Shown: positions 1 to 9,589 of the stretch, one piece after another
How positions within the stretch are numbered: the first letter of the stretch is position 1
Layout of the letters: each line of letters starts with the position of its first letter
NCBI RefSeq assembly: GCF_000737315.1
Contig: NZ_JMCB01000033.1
Coordinates: forward strand, 1-62,712
Direction of reading: 5' to 3'
Source: Hyalangium minutum
GTDB lineage: Bacteria; Myxococcota; Myxococcia; Myxococcales; Myxococcaceae
Length of the DNA stretch: 62,712 nucleotides
The notes under the pieces: model-generated
Seen by the model: the letters and a program-made list of their open reading frames with translations, nothing else
Databases searched by the model: none
What the model was told of the DNA's origin: nothing
Program-made: the position numbers and the translations under genes

Positions 1-262
1 CATCGGGCAAGTAACCAAAGGCGCGCGGCTTCACGATGTTGGGATGGTCCAGCATCAGAAGCACCAGCACCTCGCGCAGCGTGCGGGCGTGTGTCCGCCC
101 ATGGTCGCCGCTCTCCTGCCGGTGTAGCGCGAGCTTGAGCGCGAACGGCTGGCCGTCCTTCTCCACCTGGTGGACAGCGCCGAAGCCGCCCTGACTCATG
201 GCCCCTACCACCTGCCAGCCGTCCACGACGGTGCCGGGCGGTAGCTCGCTTGTTCCGATCAC
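1..262 (-). CDS. Ser/Thr protein kinase, N-terminal part (runs off the window edge)
   Basis: Manual minus-strand translation from GTG at 262 gives VIGTSELPPGTVVDGWQVVGAMSQGGFGAVHQVEKDGQPFALKLALH...LREVLVLLMLDHPNIVK: Gly-rich loop, AxK lysine, alphaC Glu and HPNIV. Start overlaps the stop of the upstream gene (GTGA). Confidence 0.85.
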   Translation of the reverse strand, partial: MIGTSELPPGTVVDGWQVVGAMSQGGFGAVHQVEKDGQPFALKLALHRQESGDHGRTHARTLREVLVLLMLDHPNIVKPRAFGYLPD

Positions 263-1137
263 GGCTTGCCCTCCACCTTCGGCAGCACGCGCACGGCGGG
301 AATCGAAAAGCTCCGGCCATCTTTCCCTCTGAGTTCCAGCACGTATTTTCCCCCAGTACCCTTTGGCGGTGCCTCCGTTTCCACGAGAATTCGCCCATCT
401 TGCCCGGGTAAAATCTCCTCTGGGATTGCTGTCATCGTTCGCACCGTCACCTGCCTTCCCTCATCACTTGTCATCGTCGCCTCTTGCGGAAGCCAAGGGT
501 GACTGGACTCGTTGATGATTCTGACATCCAGCAGCAACCAGCCGGGGCCGAGATGGGAAACGCCGCGTGCCGACTCGAAGCCGCCCACCTCGTCCCGGTA
601 GAACTCAAAGGATGTGGTCTTGACGCCGGTCTCGTCCAAGTAGCCGGCCCGCGCGAATTCAAGAGGCCCCCTCGCATGGCACTGGGCTCTGAGCGCCAGC
701 AGGTCGGTCTGACAGGTGGCTTCTGGTGGCTCAAGCCGTACCACGTCAATCCGGGTGTCCACCTCGGAGGAAGCCGGCACGAGAACAAACACCGCGTGAG
801 CCGGAGCTTTCCCATCCGCGAATGGGACGCGCAGAGCCAGGCGCTCGGTGGATGCGAGCTTGAGCAGAGGTTCAAGGATGAGGGACCGATCGCCTGCGTC
901 CACCGTGATTCGAGTGCCGCGCCCATCCACCTCGACGGACTCTCGGTTAAGCGGGGACTGGAAGCGGAACACCGTGGTGACGCCCTGGGCGATGCGGATC
1001 TCGTGCGGCGGATCCATGGGGTTGCCGGTCACGGTGACGGACCGTCCTCGGCGCTCTTGAGGGGTGCTCGATTGAGCCCGCGCAGTCGTTCCGAGGAGGA
1101 GAACGATGGCGAGGGTCCATATGATAGGTTGGCACAC
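259..1137 (-). CDS. DUF2381-family myxobacterial exported protein
   Basis: Signal peptide (IIWTLAIVLLLGTTARAQ), 292 aa, beta-rich sequence, coupled to a Ser/Thr kinase. This is the typical myxobacterial DUF2381-kinase arrangement. Confidence 0.7.
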   Translation of the reverse strand: MCQPIIWTLAIVLLLGTTARAQSSTPQERRGRSVTVTGNPMDPPHEIRIAQGVTTVFRFQSPLNRESVEVDGRGTRITVDAGDRSLILEPLLKLASTERLALRVPFADGKAPAHAVFVLVPASSEVDTRIDVVRLEPPEATCQTDLLALRAQCHARGPLEFARAGYLDETGVKTTSFEFYRDEVGGFESARGVSHLGPGWLLLDVRIINESSHPWLPQEATMTSDEGRQVTVRTMTAIPEEILPGQDGRILVETEAPPKGTGGKYVLELRGKDGRSFSIPAVRVLPKVEGKP

Positions 1138-1246
1138 TGCGGGCTGACCTCCAAGGTTACATTACCAGACCCCGGAGGCTCGGCGATCATCCCAAGCCGG
1201 AGCGAGGGCTTGTCCGGGGCAAGGGGCCTGGAGTACGTGCGGAGCC

Positions 1247-2146
1247 ATGTCCTCCGCAGCCAGAGCCACCTTCCTGATTGCCTCTCCCGACGCTCCTGGC
1301 CTCGTTGCCAGGCTGGCCAGCTTCTTCTCCGAACTGGGTCTCAACATCATCGACGCCAGCAACCACACCGAGGTCTTCACCGAGAGCGGTGGCCCCCGCT
1401 TCTTCATGCGGTTGGTGGTGGACCTGTCCCGCCTCGAGAGCCCTCAGGCCGTTCAGGGGCTGGGCGGTTCGAGCTCGCGCAAGAGCCTCACCGATGCCTT
1501 CGCGAAGCTGGCGGGCTCGCTCCAGGCCGAGTGGTCCGTGGCCTTCAGCGACCGAGTCGCCCGAGTGGCCATCCTCGTCACCAAGGAGCCCGTCTGCCTC
1601 TACGACTTGCTCCTGCGCCAGCAGAGCGGCGAGCTGCCGTGCGAGATACCCCTCATCATCGGCAACCACACCGCCCTGGAGTCCGTGGCGGAGAACTTCC
1701 GCGTCCCTTTCTTCACGCTCCCCGTCACCCCCGACACCAAGCCCGCCCAAGAGGCCGCCGTCCTGGACCTGCTGCGCCGCCACCACATCGATCTCGTGGT
1801 GCTCGCCCGCTACATGCAGGTGCTCACCGATGACTTCCTCAAGCAGGCGCCCCCCGTCATCAACATCCACCACGGCTTCCTACCGGCTTTCCAGGGCGCC
1901 AAGCCCTACCACCAAGCCTATGCCCGAGGTGTGAAGATCATCGGCGCCACCGCCCACTACGCCACCAAGGACCTCGACCAGGGGCCCATCATCGAGCAGG
2001 ACGTGGCGCGCGTCTCCCACGCCATGGGTCCCGAGGAACTGGTGCGCGTGGGCCGGGATGTGGAGCGCGTGGTGCTCGCCCGGGCCGTGCGCGCCCATCT
2101 GGAGCGCCGCGTCGTCGTCGAAGGCCGCCGCACCATCATCCTGTGA
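1247..2146 (+). CDS. purU: formyltetrahydrofolate deformylase
   Basis: N-terminal ACT domain (PDAPGLVARLASF), LVVLARYMQVL, INIHHGFLPAFQGAKPYHQAYARGVKIIGATAHY, LDQGPIIEQDV. Confidence 0.95.
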   Translation: MSSAARATFLIASPDAPGLVARLASFFSELGLNIIDASNHTEVFTESGGPRFFMRLVVDLSRLESPQAVQGLGGSSSRKSLTDAFAKLAGSLQAEWSVAFSDRVARVAILVTKEPVCLYDLLLRQQSGELPCEIPLIIGNHTALESVAENFRVPFFTLPVTPDTKPAQEAAVLDLLRRHHIDLVVLARYMQVLTDDFLKQAPPVINIHHGFLPAFQGAKPYHQAYARGVKIIGATAHYATKDLDQGPIIEQDVARVSHAMGPEELVRVGRDVERVVLARAVRAHLERRVVVEGRRTIIL

Positions 2147-2251
2147 TGGCCAGGGTGCTCCAGACCCTCTCCTAAATACCGCCCCAACCGGGCTAGAGTG
2201 ATCAACGCACGGTGTCATCCCCATGGGGAGCCGTGGGCCGGAGGAGACTGG

Positions 2252-3724
2252 ATGAGAAGGGAGTCAGTACCCGGGTTGTTCGAGGGCTATGCCGTCGCGC
2301 CCGGGACGTTTGACGAGCTGTTCGATGCGGCGGGGACGCCGCGTGCCGCCTTCCTTCGCACCCTCGGAATGCTCGGGGCTCGAACCTGCGAGGACTTCGC
2401 CCGCTTCCAGAGCCTCGCGGAGCGCGCCCTGCTCAACCAGGGTGTGACTTTCTCCGTGTACTCGGACGCCCGAGGCACCGAGAAGATCTTCCCCTTCTGT
2501 CTCATCCCCCGCGTCATCTCCGCGCCCGACTGGGTCCACCTGGAGCGCGGGCTGGAGCAGCGCGTCCGGGCGCTCGCCCACTTCCTGGATGACGTCTATG
2601 GCGAGCAGCGCATGCTCGCTGAGCGTCCCGAGCTGCGCGAGATCGTCTATGGCACCAAGCTGTACCTGCCCCAGCTGCGCCACGTGCGCCCCGCAGGTGG
2701 CGTGCGCATCCACATCTCGGGCATCGATCTCATCCGCGACCAGCAGGGCACCTTCCGGGTGCTCGAGGACAACCTCCGTACGCCATCGGGCGTCTCCTAC
2801 GTGCTGGAGAGCCGCATCGTCTCCAAGCGCGTGATGCCGGAGATCTTCGAGCAGGCCCGCGTCCGCCAGGTGGACCACTACCCGGCGCGCCTCGCCGAGA
2901 CGCTGCGCGCCGTGTCCCCCGAGGCCCCCGAGCGCTCCACCGTCGTGGTGCTCACGCCCGGGCCTTACAACTCGGCCTACTTCGAGCACACCTTCCTGGC
3001 CCGTACCATGGGCGTGGAGGTGGTTCACCCGGCCGACCTCTTCGTGGACGACGACCGCGTCTTCGTGCGCACCACGCGCGGGCCTCGCCGCGTCCATGTC
3101 ATCTACCGCCGCATCGATGACGCCTTCCTGGATCCGGAGATGTTCCGTCCGGACAGCATGCTCGGCGTGCGCGGGCTGATGCGCGCCTACGCCGCAGGCA
3201 ACGTCGCCCTGGCCAACTCCCCGGGCAACGGCGTGGCGGACGACAAGGCCGTCTACGCCTTCGTGCCGGACATGATCCGCTTCTACCTCTCTGAGGAGCC
3301 CCTCTTGGAGCAGGTGCCCACCTACGTGTGCCTGCGCAAGGAGGACCGCGCATACGTGCTCGACCATCTGGAGGAACTGGTGGTGAAGACGGTGGACGAG
3401 GCGGGCGGCTACGGCATGCTCATGGGCCCTCAGTCCACGCGCGAGGCCCGCGAGGAGTTCCGCCAGCGCATCCTCGACGAGCCCCGTCGCTACGTGGCTC
3501 AGCCCCGCGTCGAGCTGTCCTCCTGCCCGACGTGGATCGCCGACAAGGAGAAGGTGGCGCCTCGCCGCGTGGATCTGCGGCCCTACATCCTCACCGGCCC
3601 ACAGGGGCCCTGGGTGCTCCCGGGTGGCCTGAGTCGCGTGGCCCTGCGGGAGGGCTCGTACGTGGTGAACTCCAGCCAGGGTGGTGGCTCGAAGGACACC
3701 TGGGTGCAGCGGGAGGCCGTATGA
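2252..3724 (+). CDS. circularly permuted type 2 ATP-grasp protein (peptide/amide ligase)
   Basis: GIDLIRD, VLEDNLRTPSGVSY, LTPGPYNSAYFEH, VIYRRIDDAFLDP, NSSQGGGSKDTWV. Start moved to ATG 2252, which has a GGAGG upstream. Confidence 0.92.
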   Translation: MRRESVPGLFEGYAVAPGTFDELFDAAGTPRAAFLRTLGMLGARTCEDFARFQSLAERALLNQGVTFSVYSDARGTEKIFPFCLIPRVISAPDWVHLERGLEQRVRALAHFLDDVYGEQRMLAERPELREIVYGTKLYLPQLRHVRPAGGVRIHISGIDLIRDQQGTFRVLEDNLRTPSGVSYVLESRIVSKRVMPEIFEQARVRQVDHYPARLAETLRAVSPEAPERSTVVVLTPGPYNSAYFEHTFLARTMGVEVVHPADLFVDDDRVFVRTTRGPRRVHVIYRRIDDAFLDPEMFRPDSMLGVRGLMRAYAAGNVALANSPGNGVADDKAVYAFVPDMIRFYLSEEPLLEQVPTYVCLRKEDRAYVLDHLEELVVKTVDEAGGYGMLMGPQSTREAREEFRQRILDEPRRYVAQPRVELSSCPTWIADKEKVAPRRVDLRPYILTGPQGPWVLPGGLSRVALREGSYVVNSSQGGGSKDTWVQREAV

Positions 3725-4704
3725 TCGCGCGAGTGGCGGAGCACTGCTTCTGGCTCGGGCGCTACCTGGAGCGCGCCGAGAGCACGGCCCGGGTGCTCCA
3801 GGTGACGGGCACGCTGGCGCTGGACGCGGGGCTGTCTCCGGAGCAGGTCTGGAGCCCCGTGGTGGTCGTCTTCGGCGAGCGCGAGCGCTTCGATGCGCTC
3901 CACGGCACCGTGGCCGAGAGCGACGGCGAGCAGGTGCAGCAGTACATGGTGTGGGAGCAGAAGAACCCCTCCAGCCTGATCGAGGTGCTGAGCTGGGCTC
4001 GCGAGAACGCGCGCGCCATCCGCGAGGTGGTGAGCCTCGAGTGCTGGGAGGTCCTCAACGAGCTGTACCTGTGGCTGCACAGCGAGGAGGCCCGGAGGGA
4101 GTTCAAGGAGCACCGCTACGGCTTCTACCGCCACGTGCGCCGCATGGCGCAGCTGTGCCTGGGTCTGTTCCGCAACACCATGCTCCACGACGCGCCGCTG
4201 GACTTCATCACGCTGGGCGTGCTCCTGGAGCGCGTGGGGCAGACGGCCCGCGTGCTGGACGTGCACCACCATGCCTTCAAGCAACTGCCGGATGGCCACC
4301 AGGTGGTGGAGACGAGCCTCTGGCTGTCGTTGCTGCGCGCCTGCTCGGGCTTCGAGGCCTTCATGAAGCGCAACCAGGGCAAGGTGACGGGCGACGCTGT
4401 GGCCTCCTTCCTCCTCTTCGAGCAGGAGTTCCCGCGCTCCATCCGCTACTGCCTGAAGTCCGCGACGCGCTACCTGGAGGAGTTCCACCCGCCCGGAACG
4501 AGGGGCCTGCCCGGAGCGGAGACGGTGGCGCTGAGCAAGCAGTTGCTCGCGAGGCTGAGACCGGATGCTCTCGCGGATCCGAACATCACCATCCACAGCT
4601 TGCTCACCCACGTGGTGGATTCCACCGCCGCGCTCTGCCAGTCCCTGGCCGCCGAGTTCTTCGGCACGCCCAAGACCCTGGGTTCCCAGGTTCAGGCCCA
4701 GTAA
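3721..4704 (+). CDS. alpha-E domain protein
   Basis: MIARVAEHCFWLGRYLERAESTAR, second ER motif (LGVLLERVGQTAR), FPRSIRYCL. ATGA overlap with the ATP-grasp gene. Confidence 0.92.
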   Translation: MIARVAEHCFWLGRYLERAESTARVLQVTGTLALDAGLSPEQVWSPVVVVFGERERFDALHGTVAESDGEQVQQYMVWEQKNPSSLIEVLSWARENARAIREVVSLECWEVLNELYLWLHSEEARREFKEHRYGFYRHVRRMAQLCLGLFRNTMLHDAPLDFITLGVLLERVGQTARVLDVHHHAFKQLPDGHQVVETSLWLSLLRACSGFEAFMKRNQGKVTGDAVASFLLFEQEFPRSIRYCLKSATRYLEEFHPPGTRGLPGAETVALSKQLLARLRPDALADPNITIHSLLTHVVDSTAALCQSLAAEFFGTPKTLGSQVQAQ

Positions 4705-4718
4705 AGTTCCGCGTCCCC

Positions 4719-6485
4719 ATGCCCAACCTGCTTGCCACTTCTTTCGAGGGGACGCTCGCCCCCAGCCTGGACCTTCGCTGTCTCGCTCCCGGGAACAAGC
4801 TCCCGGACGGGTGGGGCTTGGGCTATTACCCGGGCAGTGAGCCCTCGGCGCAGGTGCTCAAGGAGCACGCCCCACCGCCGGGCGGCAGCATCCACAGCGA
4901 GCTCGTCAAGGCCTGGGGACACCTGGAGTCTCCGCTCTTTCTCCTGCACATCCGCAACGCCAAGTGGGGCGCCATCAGCGACGCCAACACCCAGCCCTTC
5001 TGCCGCAGCTACGGCGGCCGGGACTGGATGTTCGGCCACAGCGGCAGCCTCCGCCGTGCCCTGCCGCCTCCGCCCGAAATCCACCTCGCGCCCGTGGGCT
5101 CCACCGACTCGGAGCTCGTCTTCTGCCGGCTGCTCAGCTGGGTCCAGGCGGCGGGCTGGCAGCGGCTCGGGGAGGTGGATCTGGAGCGGCTGCGCGATTG
5201 GCTGGAGGAGATCAACTCCTTCGGTCCGCTCACCCTGTTCTTCACGGACGGGCAGGACCTGTGCGTCTACGCGGACGCGCAGAGCGCCACGGGCGCGTGG
5301 CTGTGGCGCGTGAAGCCGCCGTACGACCGGCTCGCGCTGGGCGATGATGACGTGGAGATGGACCTGACCAAGCGCGGCGCCAAGGGCCACAAGGGCGTCA
5401 TCATCTGCACGGACCCCATCGAGTCGCGCACGGGCATGAAGGCCGACTGGACGCCCGTGCCTCCCGGGGCCCTGGTGGTGGTGCGGCAGGGTGCCGTGCG
5501 CGCCGAGGTGCTGCCTCCGAACGTGCCGCGCGGGGCCGGCCAGGACGCTGTGGCCGCCGAGCTGGAGGCCCGCGCCCGTCTGCGCCGCCCCAACGTGGCC
5601 AAGTCCCGGGTGATGGATGTGCATCACCGCACCGTCTACCGCTACAACCGGGCCGTGGAGCGCAGCACCCATATCCTCCGGATGACGCCCGCGCAGGATC
5701 GGCTCCAGTCCGTGCTCTCGCACGAGCTGACCATGTCCGCGGGCACCCTCCGCGAGGAGTACGAGGACGTGTTTGGCAACCGGGTGCGGCGTGCGCACGT
5801 GGAGACGCCCTACACGGAGCTCGTCATCGAAGCACGCTCCCGCGTGGAGCTGAAGGACACGGATCCGCTGGGCTCTCACACGCCGCACATCCGCACCACG
5901 TTCCCGTTGCTGTGGATGCCGTGGCAGCAGGTGATGTTGCAGCCGTTCCTTCAGCCCCCGGCGCTGCCGGACACGGAGCTCGAGGAGCTGCTCGAGTACG
6001 CGATGAGCTTCGCGCGGCGCAACGACTTCGACCTGCTCGACACGCTGCTGGACCTCAACTTCACCCTCTTCAAGGAGTACCGCTACGCGCAGGGGGTGAC
6101 GACGGTGCACACCACGCCGTTCCAGGTGTACGCGGCGCGGCACGGGGTGTGCCAGGACTTCACCAACCTCTTCGTCTGCCTGGCGCGTCTGCTCGGAGTG
6201 CCCGCGCGCTACACCTGCGGTTACATCTACACGGGCCCCAAGCACGCGAACACGCAGCAGGCCGAGGCTTCGCACGCTTGGGTCCAGGCGTACCTCCCAG
6301 AGCGCGGGTGGAAGGGGTTCGATCCCACCAACGGCGTGATCACTCAGACGGATCACGTGCGGCTGGCGGTGGGGCGCTCGTACTCGGACGCGGCGCCCAC
6401 CTCGGGCACCATCTACGTGGGAGGAGGGATGGAGCGGCTCGAGGCCCTCGTGCGCTGCGAGCCTGTGGAGGAGCCGAGCCGCTGA
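4719..6485 (+). CDS. fusion: class II glutamine amidotransferase-like (YafJ/EgtC-type, N-terminal Cys absent) plus transglutaminase-like domain
   Basis: N-part has DGWGLGYY, LLHIRNA, NTQPF, WMFGHSG, GSTDSELVF. C-part has VHHRTVYRY and a Cys-His-Asp triad (GVCQDF, SHAWV, GFDPTN). Begins MPNLL rather than MC. Confidence 0.85.
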   Translation: MPNLLATSFEGTLAPSLDLRCLAPGNKLPDGWGLGYYPGSEPSAQVLKEHAPPPGGSIHSELVKAWGHLESPLFLLHIRNAKWGAISDANTQPFCRSYGGRDWMFGHSGSLRRALPPPPEIHLAPVGSTDSELVFCRLLSWVQAAGWQRLGEVDLERLRDWLEEINSFGPLTLFFTDGQDLCVYADAQSATGAWLWRVKPPYDRLALGDDDVEMDLTKRGAKGHKGVIICTDPIESRTGMKADWTPVPPGALVVVRQGAVRAEVLPPNVPRGAGQDAVAAELEARARLRRPNVAKSRVMDVHHRTVYRYNRAVERSTHILRMTPAQDRLQSVLSHELTMSAGTLREEYEDVFGNRVRRAHVETPYTELVIEARSRVELKDTDPLGSHTPHIRTTFPLLWMPWQQVMLQPFLQPPALPDTELEELLEYAMSFARRNDFDLLDTLLDLNFTLFKEYRYAQGVTTVHTTPFQVYAARHGVCQDFTNLFVCLARLLGVPARYTCGYIYTGPKHANTQQAEASHAWVQAYLPERGWKGFDPTNGVITQTDHVRLAVGRSYSDAAPTSGTIYVGGGMERLEALVRCEPVEEPSR

Positions 6486-6653
6486 GCACGGCCCAGCGCG
6501 GCCCCAGGGCGCGCTCCGCCAGCGGTAGCCTGCGGGGAGACGAGGCGCGCATGGACTTCCTGCGCAAGGGGAGCCACGGCCACACTGGAACTGCCCTGGC
6601 GTAGCGGATCTTCCATGGTCCTCGGCGCGGGTGGCGCTAGAACAGGGGGGACC

Positions 6654-7415
6654 ATGCTCGACTTCCTGCTGCGGCTCTCCGAGATGAACCCGGCGGTTCG
6701 GATGGAGCGCATCCGCCGGGAGGAGCTCACCGAGGCCACGCTGCGGGAACTGCACGCGTTGGCCACCCGGCTGATGGCCGAGGACCTGGAGCACTTCCGC
6801 GTGCACGCTCAGGCAAACGAGGTGGTCCACGTCTTCCGCCGCGTGGACACCGGGGGCATCGTCGGCTTCCAGTTCTGGAGGACGGCGCCCATGGCGTTGC
6901 CTCGGAGCCGCATCATCCTGGGAGGCAAGCTGCGGATCCTTCCCGAGTTCCGCCGCCGGGGCCTGCACCTGCTCGCGGGGCTGTCGTTCTTCCTGGAGAA
7001 CCAGCTTCGCCACCCGAGGACGCGCTTCTACCGGCTGTCCATTCCGAGCATCTTCGGCTTCGTGTCCATCACCGAGGCGCTCGCGGAGTATCAGATGGTC
7101 GACCCGAAAGCGTCCGGGAGGGAGGAGGCGGCGGTGCGCGACGCCTTCCGGGTCCTGGCCGAAGAGAGTCACTTCCGGGTGGATCCCGAGACGGGCTTGT
7201 TCTTCGTGAACATCTACATGACGCCCGAGACGCTGGGCCGCTATCCCCCCGCCTTCTTCGAGAAGCCTGCGGCCCGGCGTTATGCCTCGGTCAACCCGGA
7301 GTTCCGTACGAACGGCTCATACGTGGGGATGTGGTTCCGCTTCACCCCGGCGAACCTGCTCTCGCTGACGCGGGCAATTACCCGCAGGCTCTTGGGGACT
7401 GAGGCCACCGGCTGA
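6654..7415 (+). CDS. hypothetical protein with probable GNAT-like acyltransferase fold
   Basis: GIVGF strand and ILPEFRRRGL resemble GNAT motif A. Start chosen at the ATG after a GGGGGG RBS. Confidence 0.55.
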   Translation: MLDFLLRLSEMNPAVRMERIRREELTEATLRELHALATRLMAEDLEHFRVHAQANEVVHVFRRVDTGGIVGFQFWRTAPMALPRSRIILGGKLRILPEFRRRGLHLLAGLSFFLENQLRHPRTRFYRLSIPSIFGFVSITEALAEYQMVDPKASGREEAAVRDAFRVLAEESHFRVDPETGLFFVNIYMTPETLGRYPPAFFEKPAARRYASVNPEFRTNGSYVGMWFRFTPANLLSLTRAITRRLLGTEATG

Positions 7416-7871
7416 TCAGACTTCTTCTTCCGTCGTGGGCGGAGGAGGGGCAAGGCGCGCGAGGGCCTCGCGCAGGCGCTCGGGAATGGCCATGGCCTTG
7501 CGCGACGCTCGGTCCACGAAGACGTGCACGAAGTGCCCGTGGGCGGCGGCTTGCTCCTCGCCCTCCTTGAAGATGGCGATCCCGTATGTCACCGAGCGGT
7601 TGCCCAGCTTGTCCACGCGCAGACCTGCTCGGAGGCGATCCGGATACGCGAGCGGGGCGTGGTAGGAGCACCGGGACTCCACCACCAGGCCGATGACGGG
7701 GCTGCTGTGGATGTCGAGGCCCCCTTCGTGGATGAGGTAGTGGTTCGCCACCGTGTCGAAGTAGCTGTAATAGGTGACGTTGTTGATGTGGCCGTAGACG
7801 TCGTTGTCCATCCAGCGAGTGGTGATGGGCAGGAAGTAGCGGTAGCGGTCAGCAGTCTCGGCTTCGGACAC
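7416..7871 (-). CDS. acyl-CoA thioesterase (4HBT/hotdog fold)
   Basis: [38 protein letters not shown]. Confidence 0.9.
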   Translation of the reverse strand: MSEAETADRYRYFLPITTRWMDNDVYGHINNVTYYSYFDTVANHYLIHEGGLDIHSSPVIGLVVESRCSYHAPLAYPDRLRAGLRVDKLGNRSVTYGIAIFKEGEEQAAAHGHFVHVFVDRASRKAMAIPERLREALARLAPPPPTTEEEV

Positions 7872-7891
7872 GGCGGAGGCCTCGGAAGGGG

Positions 7892-9199
7892 TTACCAGTA
7901 GCGCAGCGCCTGGCGGAACAGCTCGGTGAGCACGGGGCGGCTCATCTCCCGGGGCGCGTTCTGCAGGAGCCGCTGCTGCGGGTAGGCGCCCTCGGTGAGG
8001 GGAATGAGGTCCGCCTCGGTGTAGCCGACGCCACCCAGGCCGTTGGGCATGCCTACCGTGCGCATGATCTGGATCAGCTTCCTCGCGAGTACCTCACCGG
8101 CATCCGCGGGCGCCGCACCTCGCACGTCCGCGCCGAGCCACTCTGCGGCCTCCAGGTGCCGCTCGGGGCTCACCTCGGCGGTGTAGCGGAACACGGCCGG
8201 GGCGTTCACGATGACGGACATGCCGTGCGGCACCAGGGGCTCGCCTTGTGGGTAGCCCGAGGGGTGGAAGTCTCGAACCAGCCCGGCCACCGCGTAGGCC
8301 ATGCCGTGCGGCGCGTGCACTCCGGCGTTCCCGAACGCGATGCCCGCCAGCGTGGCGGCCCACATCAGCTGCTCTCGGGCCTCGTGGTCCTGTGCGTCCG
8401 CCACTCCGCGCTCCAGGTACAGGCCCATCAGGCGCAGCGCCTCGCGGCAGCCCAGGTCGCTCCACGGGTTGGCGCCCTGGCTCATGGGGCGCAGGCTCGG
8501 GCGAGCAGGGGCAGGGCGGCGCACATACGGGCGGGCCGTATAGGACTCCAGCGCGTGGGACAGCACGTCGAGCCCACTGGCGGCGACCACCTCGCTCGGG
8601 AGGGTGGCTGTGCAGTCCGGGTCGATGAGGGCCTCGGTGGGACGCAGCGCCAGAGCGGCGATGCCCGTCTTCGCCTTCAGGGAGAGCAGGTCGAAGATGG
8701 TGATGCCTGTCACCTCGCTGCCCGTGCCCGAGGTGGTGGGGCAGGCGATGTGCGGCTTGAGCGGGCCGGGCACCGCACGCCCCTGGCCTACGGGCACGTT
8801 CACGTAGGCGAGGAAGTCCGCCGGGTATGTGGCGTAGAGGTTGGCGCCCTTGCACGTGTCGATGACTGAACCGCCACCCAGCGAGATGTAGCCGTCTGGC
8901 CGGGCCTCCGAGGCAAACCGCGCCGCCTCCAGGAAGGACTGATCCGTAGGCTCCACGTGCACGTCCGTGTAGACGGCCACGTCCAGCCCGGCGGCGCTCA
9001 GGGACTGACGCACCTTTTGGAAGTGCTCGAGCCGCGCCATGCGCTCGTCAGAGAACAGGGCCACGCGCTTCATCCCGAGCGCCTTGGCGCGATCACCCAC
9101 CTCGGCCAGGCAGCCTCGACCAAAGGTGATGCGCGAGGTATCAACCGTGAAGGCGCTGTCGCAGCCTTCGCCTACGAGGTGGTAGTGGCGGCAGAGCAC
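7892..9199 (-). CDS. hydroxyacid-oxoacid transhydrogenase-like iron-containing alcohol dehydrogenase
   Basis: [58 protein letters not shown] start at 9199 after GGAGGG. Confidence 0.85.
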   Translation of the reverse strand: MLCRHYHLVGEGCDSAFTVDTSRITFGRGCLAEVGDRAKALGMKRVALFSDERMARLEHFQKVRQSLSAAGLDVAVYTDVHVEPTDQSFLEAARFASEARPDGYISLGGGSVIDTCKGANLYATYPADFLAYVNVPVGQGRAVPGPLKPHIACPTTSGTGSEVTGITIFDLLSLKAKTGIAALALRPTEALIDPDCTATLPSEVVAASGLDVLSHALESYTARPYVRRPAPARPSLRPMSQGANPWSDLGCREALRLMGLYLERGVADAQDHEAREQLMWAATLAGIAFGNAGVHAPHGMAYAVAGLVRDFHPSGYPQGEPLVPHGMSVIVNAPAVFRYTAEVSPERHLEAAEWLGADVRGAAPADAGEVLARKLIQIMRTVGMPNGLGGVGYTEADLIPLTEGAYPQQRLLQNAPREMSRPVLTELFRQALRYW

Positions 9200-9254
9200 C
9201 GAATCCCTCCGGAGGGGTTCGGGTGCACTGTAGCGTCCAGGGACGGAAGAGGGT

Positions 9255-9479
9255 TCAGCTCTTCTTGGTGGGGTCGGTGTACTCGGCGTCCGTGGTGCCG
9301 CGCCGCGCGCCCGGGGGCAGGGGCTTCGCGTCCACGAAGTCCTCACCCTTGGAGGCCTTCTTGAACGAGTAGACGAACTTGCCCACGGCGTTGCCCAGCT
9401 GGCCCATCCGCGAGGCGGAGAAGACCACCACCAGGATGAAGCCGATGACAATCATTTCGCCGAGGCCCAGCCCACACAT
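9255..9479 (-). CDS. tatA: TatA/TatE-family twin-arginine translocase subunit
   Basis: [42 protein letters not shown]: TM helix followed by an amphipathic helix. Confidence 0.75.
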   Translation of the reverse strand: MCGLGLGEMIVIGFILVVVFSASRMGQLGNAVGKFVYSFKKASKGEDFVDAKPLPPGARRGTTDAEYTDPTKKS

Positions 9480-9589
9480 GGGCGCCACAGTGCAGCAAAC
9501 CCCTCGGCGAGGCAAGCCACCTGTCTCCTGAGAAGGCCGGGCCGTACTTCTCCCGCCTTCTTGGGCCTGCTCTGGCGCAGACTGTCCCC

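Noticed and set aside
7892-9451. Longer 5' extensions in the ORF track (e.g. 9451, 3328, 3681, 29770, 44162, 57994, 60255)
   Set aside because: They overlap neighbouring genes, and family homology plus RBS positions indicate later starts.
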